Below are positions 41,019-52,661 of a DNA stretch of 64,000 bases, in pieces (position 1 is the stretch's first letter; the number at the start of each line of letters is the position of its first letter). The stretch covers positions 862,688 to 926,687 of the forward strand of contig CAVTNL010000001.1 in NCBI GenBank assembly GCA_963736105.1, read 5' to 3'. Below the pieces are notes generated by a model. The model was not told the DNA's origin. It saw only the letters and a program-made list of their open reading frames with translations, and searched no databases. The position numbers were made by a program, and so were the translations under genes. The stretch comes from an uncultured Nitrospiraceae bacterium. Lineage in GTDB: Bacteria; Nitrospirota; Thermodesulfovibrionia; Thermodesulfovibrionales; Dissulfurispiraceae.

Positions 41019-42370
41019 GAACGAAACTCTTCATAGCATTCATTATCATTACAGTCGCCGCCTTATTGTCCACAATCGCTTTCAAAAGCCTGATTCTGAA
41101 AGACTTCGACAACTACGTGACCGGCGTCAAAGAAGACCAGATCTACTGGATCATTGCTTCCGTGGAAGGTGCATATATGGATGGCGTTTGGGATAGGCAA
41201 AAGCTTGCTGAATCCACCCATTGGGCCATGATGATGGGTTTTGACATTAAAATAGTCGAGACCGGAGGCATGGAAGTCGTGCATTCTCATAATGTAATGG
41301 AATCGCTTTCACCCGGCATGAAACAGCGCATGGCCGATCTCTTTCGTCTGGACATGACTTTGGAGCGCAAGTACGATGAGTTCCCGATTAATTCCAACGG
41401 GACCAGGATAGGCACTCTTCTGGCGCGCTCTTTTCAGAAAAAGCAACTCGCCGAAAAAGAGGCCATATTCGAGAGCAGGGTCACTCACTTCCTATACGTA
41501 TACCTGCTTATAGCAGGCCTCGGCTTGGTATTTATAGCTCTGCTTCTATCTCAATACCTCTCCAAACCGTTGCTGCGTCTTAAAAAAGCTTCCGAAAAAG
41601 TCGCAGGAGGAGATTTCTCGGTCAGAATTGAATCTGCATCTTCCGATGAAGTCGGAGACTTGGCAAAGACCTTTAACAGGATGGCTGAATCTCTTCAAAA
41701 GGAGGAGGGGTTAAGGAAACGTCTCATGTCGAATGTCGCCCACGAACTAAGGACTCCCCTGACCATAATGAAAACGCATGTCGAGGCGATGGCTGACGGC
41801 ATAGTGTCTGACACAAGTAAAGGTCTGGTTAACATAGAGCACGAGATAGGAAGACTCATCGAGCTGGTAAAAGGTATTGAGGATATAACAGCGGCCGAGG
41901 CTAGTTTCTTCGCGAAGAGAGAATCCAGCGAGATTAACCTGAAAGATCTCCTTTCAGGGCTTCGCCAAGATCTGCTGCCGTCGTTTCAATCCCGCGAGCT
42001 CTATATCAAAATCTTGAAGGAAAGCGATCTGCATGTGACCTCCGACATCGAAAAGCTCGAAAGAATCCTGAGAAATATCCTATCAAATGCTCTTAAATTC
42101 ACCGATGTGGGTGGCGTCTCAATAGATTTCGGCACGGATGCCAATAGTTTCTTTATCGAAGTTAAAGACACCGGAAGGGGGATACCCGAAAAAGAGCTGC
42201 CGTTTATATTCAACCGTTTTTATCGGTCCGAAGAGTCAAGGGTCGAAGGCCTCGGACTAGGCTTGGCCATAGTAAAAGAGCTTATGGAAGTCATGGGTGG
42301 AAATATTACGGTAAAAAGCATCGTAGGAGAGGGAACAAGTGTCAGGATATCGCTGCCGCTAAAGGCATAA
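41015..42370 (+). CDS. Sensor histidine kinase (CusS/CopS-like; two TM segments, HAMP, HisKA, HATPase)
   Basis: H-box VAHELRTPLT. N, G1 and G2 boxes (DTGRGIPEKE, GLGLGLAIVK). ATGA overlap with the regulator. Confidence 0.85.
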   Translation: MRTKLFIAFIIITVAALLSTIAFKSLILKDFDNYVTGVKEDQIYWIIASVEGAYMDGVWDRQKLAESTHWAMMMGFDIKIVETGGMEVVHSHNVMESLSPGMKQRMADLFRLDMTLERKYDEFPINSNGTRIGTLLARSFQKKQLAEKEAIFESRVTHFLYVYLLIAGLGLVFIALLLSQYLSKPLLRLKKASEKVAGGDFSVRIESASSDEVGDLAKTFNRMAESLQKEEGLRKRLMSNVAHELRTPLTIMKTHVEAMADGIVSDTSKGLVNIEHEIGRLIELVKGIEDITAAEASFFAKRESSEINLKDLLSGLRQDLLPSFQSRELYIKILKESDLHVTSDIEKLERILRNILSNALKFTDVGGVSIDFGTDANSFFIEVKDTGRGIPEKELPFIFNRFYRSEESRVEGLGLGLAIVKELMEVMGGNITVKSIVGEGTSVRISLPLKA

Positions 42371-42870
42371 AATAGCTACAACTATTTGAAAGGACCGCAG
42401 TTTCGGTATGTTTTAATAATCCTCAAATTTACCCGAGCGGGAAGCATTTTGATCAGATACACGCTAACTAGATAGCCGATATCCAGAAAAAAAGCATTAG
42501 TAGTCAAGCAAAGCCGAACCGCATATCCCGGCCATAATTGCCCAGCGCATCATTTTGCCTCCTTGCAAATTTCTTTCGATACAGGAATCTAAATCTCCAC
42601 TATTTATTTTCGCATAGCGAATGCTATAGAAAGCTTCTTTTGATCACAGTATATGACCCGCTACGTGTAATACAAAGCAGACCATTCGTTCATCGGCCTA
42701 ATCATATCAATTATTGATCCTCGACGAATCTTCATAATTTCTTCAAAATTCTGTGTTAACCTGTTAATCATTACAAGATTAGAGTATGGACAAGCATCTT
42801 AGATGCTTATACTCGTTAATAGAAAAAAACTATTCAGCAAATGACATTGAAGGAAATTTAGGAGGGAGAA

Positions 42871-43260
42871 GTGAAAAAAATAATTCTGATGATGGCAGCC
42901 TTGCTTTTGATCGTAGTCAGCCTTGCCCACGCAGCTGGTCCCGAGTTTACCCAGAAGGCTGGTACTTACACTGTCGCAACGAAATTTGAACGGAACCCCT
43001 CAGTCGGTAATAACGATGTCGAAATAGCGATCACGGACGCTACAGGTGCTCGCATTACGGATGCAAGAGTGAGAGTAGATTATTCGATGCCTGCGATGCC
43101 CGGAATGCCGGCAGTTAATTACAAAGCCAATGCGGTAGTGAGCGGCGACAAATATGTTGCCAAGGTAAATCCTTCAATGTCTGGGGCATGGAATTTTGCG
43201 GTCAAGATAACGCGGGGCGGGAAGACCTCAACTGGTAAATTCAATGTTGATGTTCAGTAA
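42871..43260 (+). CDS. Secreted Met-rich small protein (YtkA/FixH-like putative periplasmic Cu/Ag-binding accessory protein)
   Basis: Signal peptide; MPAMPGMPAV Met-rich motif. Sits directly upstream of the RND efflux genes. Confidence 0.45.
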   Translation: MKKIILMMAALLLIVVSLAHAAGPEFTQKAGTYTVATKFERNPSVGNNDVEIAITDATGARITDARVRVDYSMPAMPGMPAVNYKANAVVSGDKYVAKVNPSMSGAWNFAVKITRGGKTSTGKFNVDVQ

Positions 43261-43294
43261 TAACGGGTAATTAATAGATTGGAGGGAAGTCGTA

Positions 43295-44620
43295 ATGGGT
43301 AAATACAGCAAATCGGTGATATGCGGATCGCTCAAACAGCAGCGCTTGCTCATTACGCTTTCCTGCCTTTTCATTATTACAATATCGGTGTTTTCCTCTT
43401 CTAAGGTCCATGCCGAAGACCTTAACCTGAAGCAGCTGATAGACGAAGCGCTCCGGAACAGCCCCGAGCTGCAGGCCTCACGTTCAAGGACAGCGGCGTC
43501 CGAATACAGGATTCCACAAGTGAAGACCCTACCCGATCCGATGTTCTCATTTGGCTATCAGAATGTGGGGTTCCAGAAATATACCTATGGCCAGGACAAT
43601 GATGCCTGGTGGATGTTTTCGGTATCGCAGACCGTTCCTTTCCCCGGAAAGCTGTCACTAAAGGGAGATATCGCATCCAGGGAATCGGAGAGCATATATG
43701 CAAGCCAAGAGGCCATGCGCCTGAAAACTATATCCCGGGTCAAAGAACTCTATTTCGATTTATATACTACATACAAAGACATCGATTTGATACACGAAAG
43801 GACGTCACTATTGAATCGCGTCGAAGACGCAGCCCTCTCCCGTTACTCTACCGGCAAAGGTTCGCAGCAGGAAGTTTTGATGGCCCAGACAGAGAAATAT
43901 ATGCTCCTTGAAAAGGAAGAAATGCTGAAACAAAAAATACAATCTCTGGAGGCCATGCTCAATTCGGTAATCGGAAGATCTGCCGAAGCGCCTCTCGGCC
44001 GACCAGCAGATACCCAGCCTTCTGTGCTTACTCACTCACTGAATGACCTCATCAAGATAGCATATGCGCAATCTCCAGAGATTGAGGCTAAAAATCAGAC
44101 GATTGCAGCAGCTGAAGCAAAGGTCTCGCTCGCAAAAAAAGATTACATTCCTGACTTCACGATTACGGGCAGCTATTTCCCTCGTGGCAATGACTTCGGG
44201 GACATGTGGAGCCTCCAGGCCGCCATCAACATACCTATCTTCTATCGCACAAAACAACGGCATGCGGAGAATGAAGCAAATGCACTTCTCGCGGAAGCCA
44301 GGAGCGAACAAGAATTGACGCGACTTATAATCTCATCTGCAATCAAGGATAATTACTCAATGGTCCAGGCTACTGATAAACTCATGGCGTTATATCAGGA
44401 CGGACTTATTCCTAAGAGCAGACAGGATGTCGAGCTTGCTCTTTCTGGATATATGACTGGCAGTGTCGATGCCCTCACCGTCATCACGCGATTAAAGTCA
44501 GTTATTGACTTCGAAATATCCTACTGGAATCAGTTCGCTGAGCATGAAAAGGCCGTCGCAAAGCTTGAAGCTATTGCGGGCCTGTCACACAGCACCACAA
44601 ATAGTCAGACAGGAAACTGA
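43295..44620 (+). CDS. Outer-membrane efflux protein (TolC/CusC/CzcC family)
   Basis: Two OEP-type repeat halves; 441 aa with signal sequence. Confidence 0.8.
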   Translation: MGKYSKSVICGSLKQQRLLITLSCLFIITISVFSSSKVHAEDLNLKQLIDEALRNSPELQASRSRTAASEYRIPQVKTLPDPMFSFGYQNVGFQKYTYGQDNDAWWMFSVSQTVPFPGKLSLKGDIASRESESIYASQEAMRLKTISRVKELYFDLYTTYKDIDLIHERTSLLNRVEDAALSRYSTGKGSQQEVLMAQTEKYMLLEKEEMLKQKIQSLEAMLNSVIGRSAEAPLGRPADTQPSVLTHSLNDLIKIAYAQSPEIEAKNQTIAAAEAKVSLAKKDYIPDFTITGSYFPRGNDFGDMWSLQAAINIPIFYRTKQRHAENEANALLAEARSEQELTRLIISSAIKDNYSMVQATDKLMALYQDGLIPKSRQDVELALSGYMTGSVDALTVITRLKSVIDFEISYWNQFAEHEKAVAKLEAIAGLSHSTTNSQTGN

Positions 44621-44621
44621 A

Positions 44622-45866
44622 ATGAATAAAAAAATATTTATTATCACCGCAGGAATGGCGTTGGTCACTCTGGTTGCTCTTGCCTATTTTCTGAAAAATG
44701 CCTCGTCGCCTGCGAAGAATACCATAAGCGCGACTCCAGCTCCAGTGCAATCGATGCCGGGCATGGGACAACAGCAGCCTCAGCAACCTCAGACTCAACA
44801 GGTAGCTCCGACAGCGCAATCCCATCAACAAGCCGAAGAGGCACAGGAAGAGGAAGAAGCACCCACCGTAGAAATCCCGCTCGAAAAACAGCAGCTTATC
44901 GGGGTGAAGACCGTTGTTGCCGAGGTCAAAAATCTCCGGAAGACCATAAGGACAGTCGGAATGGTCACTTACGACGAGCGCAGACTCGCCACCGTCAATA
45001 CAAAATTCGAAGGTTGGATCGAAAAGCTCCATGTAGATTTTACCGGCAGGTATGTTCGCAAGGGAGAGCCCCTCGCAGAGATATATAGTCCGGAACTGCT
45101 GGCTACTCAGCAGGAATTCATCAACCTCCTGAAATGGAAAAAAGAGAGCAAATCGGCAAAGGACAGCACCATAGGCTCGATGCTCGCAGGCGACTCCGAA
45201 TCCATCCTTGAAGGAGCCAGACAGAGGTTGCGTTTATGGGATATCAGTGATGCTCAGATTGATAAGATTGAACATACCGGTAAGCCAGTGCGCACTCTTA
45301 CTATCTACAGTCCAGTCAGCGGATATGTAGTGCAAAAAGCCGCCATTAAAGGCATGCGCGTCATGCCGGGAGAAAAGCTCTTCGACATCGCAGACCTCTC
45401 GACTGTCTGGATATTGTCAGACATCTTCGAATACGAGCTCCCTCTCATCAAGGTGGGAGAAAAGGCCAATATAAGCCTCAGCTACTTTCCGGGCAAGGAG
45501 TTCGTGTCGACTATCGACTATGTCTATCCTACTATCGCCGGAGATACACGCTCGGCAAAGATAAGGTTTGCTGTTCCCAATCCGGGCAACAAGCTGAGGC
45601 CACAAATGTATACCAATGTCGATGTGAAGGTCAACCTCGGCAATAAGCTGATTATTCCCGATGATGCTGTCCTTGACGCAGGGAAGCGCCAGATAGTCTA
45701 TGTAGACAAGGGAGAGGGGAATTTCGAACCTCGCGAGGTGAGTATAGGCATGCGATCTGACAGGATGGTTGAGATCACAAAGGGGCTGAAAGCGGGCGAG
45801 CATGTAGTGTCAGCCGCAAACTTCCTAATAGATTCCGAGGCCAAGCTGCAGGGTATCGTCAAATAA
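44622..45866 (+). CDS. RND efflux periplasmic adaptor (CusB/CzcB-like) with Gln/Glu-rich low-complexity linker
   Basis: HlyD/biotin-lipoyl-like barrel signatures. Start at MNKKIFI (44622), not the upstream ATG at 44505. Confidence 0.8.
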   Translation: MNKKIFIITAGMALVTLVALAYFLKNASSPAKNTISATPAPVQSMPGMGQQQPQQPQTQQVAPTAQSHQQAEEAQEEEEAPTVEIPLEKQQLIGVKTVVAEVKNLRKTIRTVGMVTYDERRLATVNTKFEGWIEKLHVDFTGRYVRKGEPLAEIYSPELLATQQEFINLLKWKKESKSAKDSTIGSMLAGDSESILEGARQRLRLWDISDAQIDKIEHTGKPVRTLTIYSPVSGYVVQKAAIKGMRVMPGEKLFDIADLSTVWILSDIFEYELPLIKVGEKANISLSYFPGKEFVSTIDYVYPTIAGDTRSAKIRFAVPNPGNKLRPQMYTNVDVKVNLGNKLIIPDDAVLDAGKRQIVYVDKGEGNFEPREVSIGMRSDRMVEITKGLKAGEHVVSAANFLIDSEAKLQGIVK

Positions 45867-48800
45867 TGATCGCTAGGATTATTGATTTCAGTGCCAGGAA
45901 CAAGTTCGTCATTTTCCTTTTTGTTGCGTTCCTCATAGTATGGGGATATTGGGCGCTCAGAAAGACACCACTCGACGCGATTCCGGACCTTAGCGATACG
46001 CAGGTGATCGTATTCACCGACTGGCCGGGTAGGAGTCCTGATCTGGTTGAAGACCAGATTACCTATCCTATCTCTTCAACTTTGCTGGCAGCGCCCGAAG
46101 TGCAGGCAGTAAGAGGTTTCTCATTTCTGGGGAGTTCCTTCATATATGTTATTTTCAAGGAGGGTACCGACATCTATTGGGCCAGGAGCAGGGTTTTGGA
46201 ATATTTGCAGGCCGTAAAGAACAAGATCCCTGCCGACGTGAATCCCGTATTAGGCCCTGACGCGACCAGTGTCGGATGGGGGTTTTCATATGCGTTGGTC
46301 GATGAAACCGGCGGCCACAATCTCGCGGAATTACGCTCCATTCAGGACTATAACGCGAAACTTGCCTTGGAAAGCGTTCCGGGCGTCTCGCAGGTTGCGA
46401 GCATCGGGGGCTTCGTCAAACAATATCAGATAACTATCGACCCTAACAAGCTTCTTGCCTATAACATCCCATTGCCAAAAGTGCTAGATGCAGTCAAGAA
46501 AAGTAACCAGGATGTGGAAGGAAGAGTGCTTGAATTCTCCGGCACGGAATACATGGTCAGGGGGAAAGGATATATAAAAAGTCTGAGCGACATAGAAAAT
46601 ATCGCCGTCGGTTCCAGCGCATCCGGTACACCCATTTATGTGGGTGACATCGCCAACGTGCAACTTGGGCCTGAGATACGGCGAGGACTTGCCGAGTTGG
46701 ATGGCAAGGGTGAAGTCGCGGGAGGCATAGTTGTCGTCCGGTTCGGACAGAACGTCCTTGATGTCATAGACCGGGTCAAACAGAAGATTCATAACGATAT
46801 CGAGCCGAGCTTGCCCAAAGGCGTAAAGTTGGTCGTAACATACGACCGCTCAGACCTTATTCATCGATCGATCGACACGCTTAAGGAAGAGATCATAAAG
46901 TTGTCGATTGCCGTGAGCGCGGTCTGCATTATATTCCTGTTCCATCTGCCGAGCGCCCTAGTGGTCATCCTCACCCTTCCTATAGCGATCATCATATCTT
47001 TCATATGCATGCATTACCTTGGAGTCACTTCCAATATTATGAGCTTGAGTGGCATAGCCATAGCTATCGGGGCCATGGTTGATGCTTCAATCGTCATGGT
47101 TGAAAACGCCCATAAAAAGATGGAACTCTGGGAATGTGATCGCGAGTTATATTGCAGCAGACTGGATGTGATAATCGATGCCGCCAAGGAAGTCGGGCCA
47201 TCGCTCTTCTTCTCCCTTCTCGTTATCACCGTCGGGTTTCTGCCGGTATTCACCTTGCAGGGCCAGGCCGGAAGGCTATTCAAGCCGCTTGCATATACAA
47301 AGACCTTCGCTATGCTTTTCTCATCATTCCTGGCTGTCACACTGACGCCGGTACTTATGACACTTTTTATCAGAGAGAGCGCACTCAGCAAGGTACCGGT
47401 ACTGAAATACCTCTTTATAATTTATCCCGAGGAGCGGCACCCCGTAAGCATGATCCTTCGAAAGCTATACGAGCCTGCGGCACGCCTCGCACTCAACTAT
47501 AAAAAGACGGTCATTATAATTGCCGTCATCATCATGGCGCTGACTGCCTATCCTTTCATAAAGCTCGGCTCGGAGTTCATGCCACCTCTGTATGAAGGCT
47601 CTCTCTTCTATATGCCGGTGACCGTGCCGGGCGCATCGATATCTGAAGTCTCAAAACTCATCCAACTCCAGGACCGCATCCTGATGAAGATACCGGAAGT
47701 GTCGCAAGTATTCGGAAAAGCAGGCCGAGCTGAGACACCGACTGATCCCGCCCCCCTTGAGATGTTCGAGACGGTCGTGAACCTTAAGCCAGAATCCCAG
47801 TGGCGGCCTGGCATGACCGTGGAGAAGCTGAAATCCGAAATGAATGATGCCCTTACCATACCTGGTGTGGCCAATTCATTTACGATGCCAATCAAGGCGC
47901 GTATCGATATGCTTTCTACCGGCATCAGGACTCCTGTAGGCATCAAGATCATGGGCCGAGACCTCAACGTAATAGAACATTTAGGTGAGGAGATTGAAAA
48001 ACGGATACAAGAAGTCCCGGGCACGCGGAGCGCCTATGCGGAGCGGGTTACAACCGGATACTTCTTCGACATAGATGTGAATAGAGAGGCTGCCGCCAGG
48101 TATGGACTGACCGTGAAAGATGTCCAAGAGATCATTCAGTCAGCCATCGGAGGCATGGATCTCACTATGACCGTAGAGGGTAGAGAACGCTATCCGGTAA
48201 ACGTGCGGTACTTCAGGGATATGAGGAGCGACATCGAAGACATTAAACGAGTGCTCGTCCCCGTAATGGAAGGTCCCGTTCTCACTTCCGACTCAGCGAC
48301 ACCGGTGCAACTGCCGCGGACTACACAGGTGCCGCTAGGCGAAATCGCAGATATTAAGATAGTCAAAGGACCTACTGCAATAAAGAGTGAAGAAGGATTG
48401 CTGACCTCATATGTCTATATCGACTTCTCCGGTAGAGATGTCGGAAGTTATGTTAATGATGCCAAAAAGAAAATCACATCGCTGAAGGTTCCTGAAGGAT
48501 ACCATCTGGAGTGGAGCGGCGAGTTTGAGTACTTGGTTAAAACCCACGAACGGCTAAAGTTGGTTATACCTTTTACACTTTTCGTTATCTTCATCCTAAT
48601 CTATTTCAACACGAAGTCTTTTGCCAAAACTCTGATTGTGCTATCTGCCGTACCCTTCTCTCTCGTAGGGTCGTTCTGGCTGCTCTATCTACTCGGTTAC
48701 AACATGAGCATCGCGGTATGGGTCGGCATCATAGCACTGGCGGGCCTCGATGCAGAAACCGGCGTGGTAATGCTGCTATATCTTGAACTTGCCTATGAGA

Positions 48801-49105
48801 AGTGGAAAAAGGAAGGGAAGCTGACGAGCATGGTCGCACTGAAAGATGCTGTCATGGACGGCGCAGTCAAAAGGATCAGGCCAAAGGTCATGACTGTTTC
48901 TGTCATCCTTGCAGGATTGATACCGATAATGTTCAGCCATGGCACGGGTGCCGATGTAATGAAACGCATAGCTGCGCCGATGGTCGGAGGCGTTATCACT
49001 TCCACGATCCTCGAACTCATCATCTATCCTGCCATCTACATGCTTTGGAGGGGACGCGAAGTCAGAAAGGTCGAGGCCGCAAGCTCACATAGCATAGAAA
49101 GCTAA
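45866..49105 (+). CDS. Heavy-metal efflux RND transporter (CusA/CzcA family, HME-RND)
   Basis: 1079 aa, 12 TM, AcrB/CzcA fold signatures. Start codon overlaps the adaptor stop. Confidence 0.9.
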   Translation: MIARIIDFSARNKFVIFLFVAFLIVWGYWALRKTPLDAIPDLSDTQVIVFTDWPGRSPDLVEDQITYPISSTLLAAPEVQAVRGFSFLGSSFIYVIFKEGTDIYWARSRVLEYLQAVKNKIPADVNPVLGPDATSVGWGFSYALVDETGGHNLAELRSIQDYNAKLALESVPGVSQVASIGGFVKQYQITIDPNKLLAYNIPLPKVLDAVKKSNQDVEGRVLEFSGTEYMVRGKGYIKSLSDIENIAVGSSASGTPIYVGDIANVQLGPEIRRGLAELDGKGEVAGGIVVVRFGQNVLDVIDRVKQKIHNDIEPSLPKGVKLVVTYDRSDLIHRSIDTLKEEIIKLSIAVSAVCIIFLFHLPSALVVILTLPIAIIISFICMHYLGVTSNIMSLSGIAIAIGAMVDASIVMVENAHKKMELWECDRELYCSRLDVIIDAAKEVGPSLFFSLLVITVGFLPVFTLQGQAGRLFKPLAYTKTFAMLFSSFLAVTLTPVLMTLFIRESALSKVPVLKYLFIIYPEERHPVSMILRKLYEPAARLALNYKKTVIIIAVIIMALTAYPFIKLGSEFMPPLYEGSLFYMPVTVPGASISEVSKLIQLQDRILMKIPEVSQVFGKAGRAETPTDPAPLEMFETVVNLKPESQWRPGMTVEKLKSEMNDALTIPGVANSFTMPIKARIDMLSTGIRTPVGIKIMGRDLNVIEHLGEEIEKRIQEVPGTRSAYAERVTTGYFFDIDVNREAAARYGLTVKDVQEIIQSAIGGMDLTMTVEGRERYPVNVRYFRDMRSDIEDIKRVLVPVMEGPVLTSDSATPVQLPRTTQVPLGEIADIKIVKGPTAIKSEEGLLTSYVYIDFSGRDVGSYVNDAKKKITSLKVPEGYHLEWSGEFEYLVKTHERLKLVIPFTLFVIFILIYFNTKSFAKTLIVLSAVPFSLVGSFWLLYLLGYNMSIAVWVGIIALAGLDAETGVVMLLYLELAYEKWKKEGKLTSMVALKDAVMDGAVKRIRPKVMTVSVILAGLIPIMFSHGTGADVMKRIAAPMVGGVITSTILELIIYPAIYMLWRGREVRKVEAASSHSIES

Positions 49106-49757
49106 ATGGCGCTGTCTTATCTGGTCATACTTTATGAATTTGTTTGTTGTAGTCAGGAAACGATTAATAGCATGAGGGTATAGCGCATGATCGCATCGGC
49201 TAAAGGGTTGGGGTGGTTCTAGCTGTGTCTTTAGATTATCGCAATACTAATTTTCAATGTCTACCAAAATAAAAGTTGAGTTGTATCCTAGCCGAACCGC
49301 GACAAGTCAAGACTATACAATCTGTTGACGATTCTCAAAAAAAATCATCACCATTTCAGACTCTTTTGAAAGAAGGAATACTGTGAGCCGGCAGTGAGCG
49401 TAGAGATATTTCTCGATGCGAGGTTAGTAGGAAATCAACGATAGTAAATAATCGCCCAAATCGATAGCTTCTTGGGTATGCCGTGTAAAACGTATGACTA
49501 GTCGGTTAAAGTCCGACCGCGGGAGTTCGGTGGTTCACCCGCGTAGCTAGAGGGAGGTGTGAAGAGCAATCTAAAGCACTAAGTTTCCTGACAAAGGCTC
49601 CGAAAGGGAGCTGAGCGAACCTGCGGGTCGCAGCGATTGCGAACCCAGATGTAGCCTCGAAACATCGAAACGGAGTTGCCGACCCTGTCACAGAAAGGGG
49701 AAGGCCGTTGCATCTATCCTAACGCAAACTACCGCAACCGATAGATGAACTTCCGGG

Positions 49758-50790
49758 GTGTCAGGGGTGACACCCAGAGGAAGCCATACGACAATGAACA
49801 CGGGAGACCCGTGCCGATGCAGTACAGGAAGCAAACCGGTGGATATAAGGAAACGAAATTTCACTGGGTTGGTACGGGAGTCGGATTTGCCCATATTACC
49901 GATTGTATCTCAAGAACAACATAACCTTGGGAGAGGGAAGGGGCAATACTTTTATCATGTTTTTGAAGAAGTAAAGGACAGGAGATTGCACAACGTGCTG
50001 GAAACTCCAGAAAAGATCCGGGAACTTCAGAGGAAACTATACCGGAAAGCCAAGCAGGAAAAGGAGTACCGTTTCTATCTTCTCTATGACAAGGTATACA
50101 GGCTGGACATCCTGAACCATGCCTACCGTCTTGTTCGTGCAAACAAGGGAGCGCCGGGAGTAGACGGCGAGACCTTTGCGAGCATAGAGGAGAGGGACGG
50201 AGGAGCAGAGAAGTATCTTGAAGAGATTGCAGGAGAACTGAAGTGGCAAACGTACAAACCGCAACCTGTCAGGAGGGTATATATCCCAAAGGCAGGCGGA
50301 GGAACGCGACCGCTTGGAATACCGGTAATCAAAGACAGGGTAGTACAGATGGCAGTAAAGATTGTGATTGAGCCTGTATTTGAAGCCGACTTTCAGGACA
50401 ACTCTTATGGATTCAGACCGAAGCGAAATGCCCATCAAGCGGTGGCGGACGTGCAGAAGCACCTTCTTAAAGGCAAAACAGATGTCATTGATGCTGATAT
50501 CTCCAAGTACTTCGACACCATTCCCCACGATAGGCTGATGCAGTTGGTGGCCAAGCGCATCGTTGATAAGCACATACTAAAGCTGATCAAGATGTGGTTG
50601 GAGGCGCCAATTGTAGAAGAACGTGAGGATGGGAAATCTGAGTATAAGGACAATGACAAAGGGACGCCTCAGGGAGGGGTGATATCACCGCTTCTTGCTA
50701 ACATCTACCTGAACGTACTTGATATGATTTGGAAGATCAGGGAAGTAGAGGAGAGGTTGGGGGCACGACTCGTCCGCTATGCGGACGATT
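49758..50790 (+). CDS. Group II intron A reverse transcriptase/maturase, exon 1 (RT domains 0-5, ends at YADD)
   Basis: [12 protein letters not shown]...[17 protein letters not shown]...RYADD. Likely true start is the GTG near 49995. Confidence 0.7.
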
Positions 50791-52661
50791 GTGCGCCGCA
50801 GGCGCACAAGGAGGTTCTTATGTAAGAGAACCGATTGTGTACAAGCTGCACAGGAGATGGAGGAAGGCCCTCCAAAGCCGGCCTGCAGGGGCAGGCTTTA
50901 AACAACCATGAGCTGCGTTGGTAAAGAGCCGATGTGGTGAGCGTCATGGAAAAGGCGCAACAAATGCGTCATGTACGAATCAGAAAGGCGAATGAAAATG
51001 AATCACCGATGACGTGTCGAAAGCGTAGGGACGGCATCAAAACCAGGGGGGAGTCGTTAACCTGGGATAAATCCATCGGAAACCTGATTACTGGGTGGAT
51101 GGTGTCCGGCATGAAGGTGACGCGAGTCTGATTCTGGCTCTTGTGTGGAACTGCGGGAACCTGTCGCTCCGATGTTAAGGAAGAAGTTCAAGGGGCAGAT
51201 CCCCGAGGATGAGAGTACCGATGCGGAGAACAGGGGCGGAGCAACTTGTAGTAGCTTAGAAGTTCCGTAATTGGAATGGAGCGAAGGGGTTGCGTTATTC
51301 AGTTTTATTTGGCTGTCAACCAGAAATGGGAGGAACTGTTGGATAAGACAAAGTCATTTAGTATTTCTAAGCAAGCAGTGTGGGAAGCGTATTTGCGTGT
51401 AAAAGCAAACAAGGGTGCGGCAGGGGTTGACGAGATATCGATAACCAAATTTGAAGAGAAGTTGAAAGACAATCTCTACAAACTATGGAATCGGATGTCG
51501 TCAGGGAGTTATATTCCCCCTTCAGTGAGAGCTGTTTCCATACCAAAAGCCAACGGAGGGGAAAGGATTCTTGGAATCCCCACAGTTGCTGACCGTATTG
51601 CCCAGATGGTAGTCACGATGTACCTTGAGCCGTTGGTTGAGCCGTGCTTTCATCCAGATTCCTACGGGTATCGTCCGGGGAAATCGGCACTGGATGCAGT
51701 GGGGACAGCGCGGAAAAGGTGCTGGAGATCAGATTGGGTGATAGACCTCGACATTAAGGGGTTTTTCGACAATCTTGATCACCAGTTGGTGATGCGGGCG
51801 GTGAGGAAGCATACCGATTGCCGATGGGTTCTTCTGTACCTTGGGCGGTGGCTTCAAGCCCCAATGCTAAGAGCAGATGGCACATTGGAGAATCGGGATA
51901 AAGGCACTCCACAGGGGGGAGTATGCAGTCCGCTGCTTGCAAACATCTTTATGCACCACGCCTTTGATGAGTGGATGCGACAAAATTATCCGCAGGTGGT
52001 ATTTGAGCGTTACGCGGATGATGTGCTCGTGCACTGCAAAACAGAGCGAGAAGCTATACTTATGCTCCGAGCGATTGAAGAGCGTTTAATGCAAGCTGGA
52101 ACTTCATCCTGAAAAGACACTTATCGTGTATTGCAAGGATGATGATCGGCGAAAGAACTATCCAAGAGAATGCTTCGACTTTCTTGGCTATACTTTTCGG
52201 CCAAGGAGAGCGAAGAATAAACATGGGAAGTACTTTGTTTCGTTTCTTCCGGCTATTAGCAACAAAGCCAAAAGCAAGATTCGCAAGGCCATAAGGGAAT
52301 GGCGCATTCATCTTATCACGTGGACGTCGCTGGAAAACATAGCGGAAAAGATAAACCCGGTAGTGCGTGGTTGGTATCAGTACTATGGACGGTTTTACAA
52401 ATCCGAAATGTATCCAGTGCTTCGTAACGTGGAGAACTACCTAACATTATGGGCGCGTCGGAAATACAAGAGCCTCGCAAGGCATGGTCGAAATGCTCGT
52501 AGATATCTTGGCAGTGTGTGCAAACGCATGTCTGGATTATTCGTACATTGGGAACTTGCCTTAGGGTCTCCGACTGAATAATGGGAGCCGGATGAGCCGA
52601 GAGGTTCCTGTCCGGTTCTGCGAGGGACTGGCGGTGAAGTTCCGCCGGTCTACTCTCCGCG
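50791..52661 (+). mobile_element. Group II intron B (inner intron) inserted into the YADD region of intron A's RT gene; boundaries +/- 2 nt
   Basis: Begins GTGCGCCGCAGG at 50791. Domain V GAGCCGGAUGAGCCGAGAGGUUCCUGUCCGGUUC (52585-52618) with GAGA tetraloop. Domain VI with candidate bulged A at about 52651. Removing 50791-52661 restores ...YADD-L-VLCKGNSE... in frame. Confidence 0.55.
51276..52581 (+). pseudogene. Group II intron B reverse transcriptase/maturase, interrupted by a +1/-1 frameshift near 52100-52125
   Basis: ORFs 51276..52112 (RT domains through YADDVLV...) and 52126..52581 (LHPEKTLIV...maturase X domain INPVVRGWYQYYGR) lie in different frames. Confidence 0.6.

Noticed and set aside
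44730-44880. Gln/Pro/Glu-rich low-complexity stretch (QQQPQQPQTQQ...EEAQEEEE) in the RND adaptor
   Set aside because: Low-complexity linker within a coding sequence, not a DNA repeat element or separate feature.
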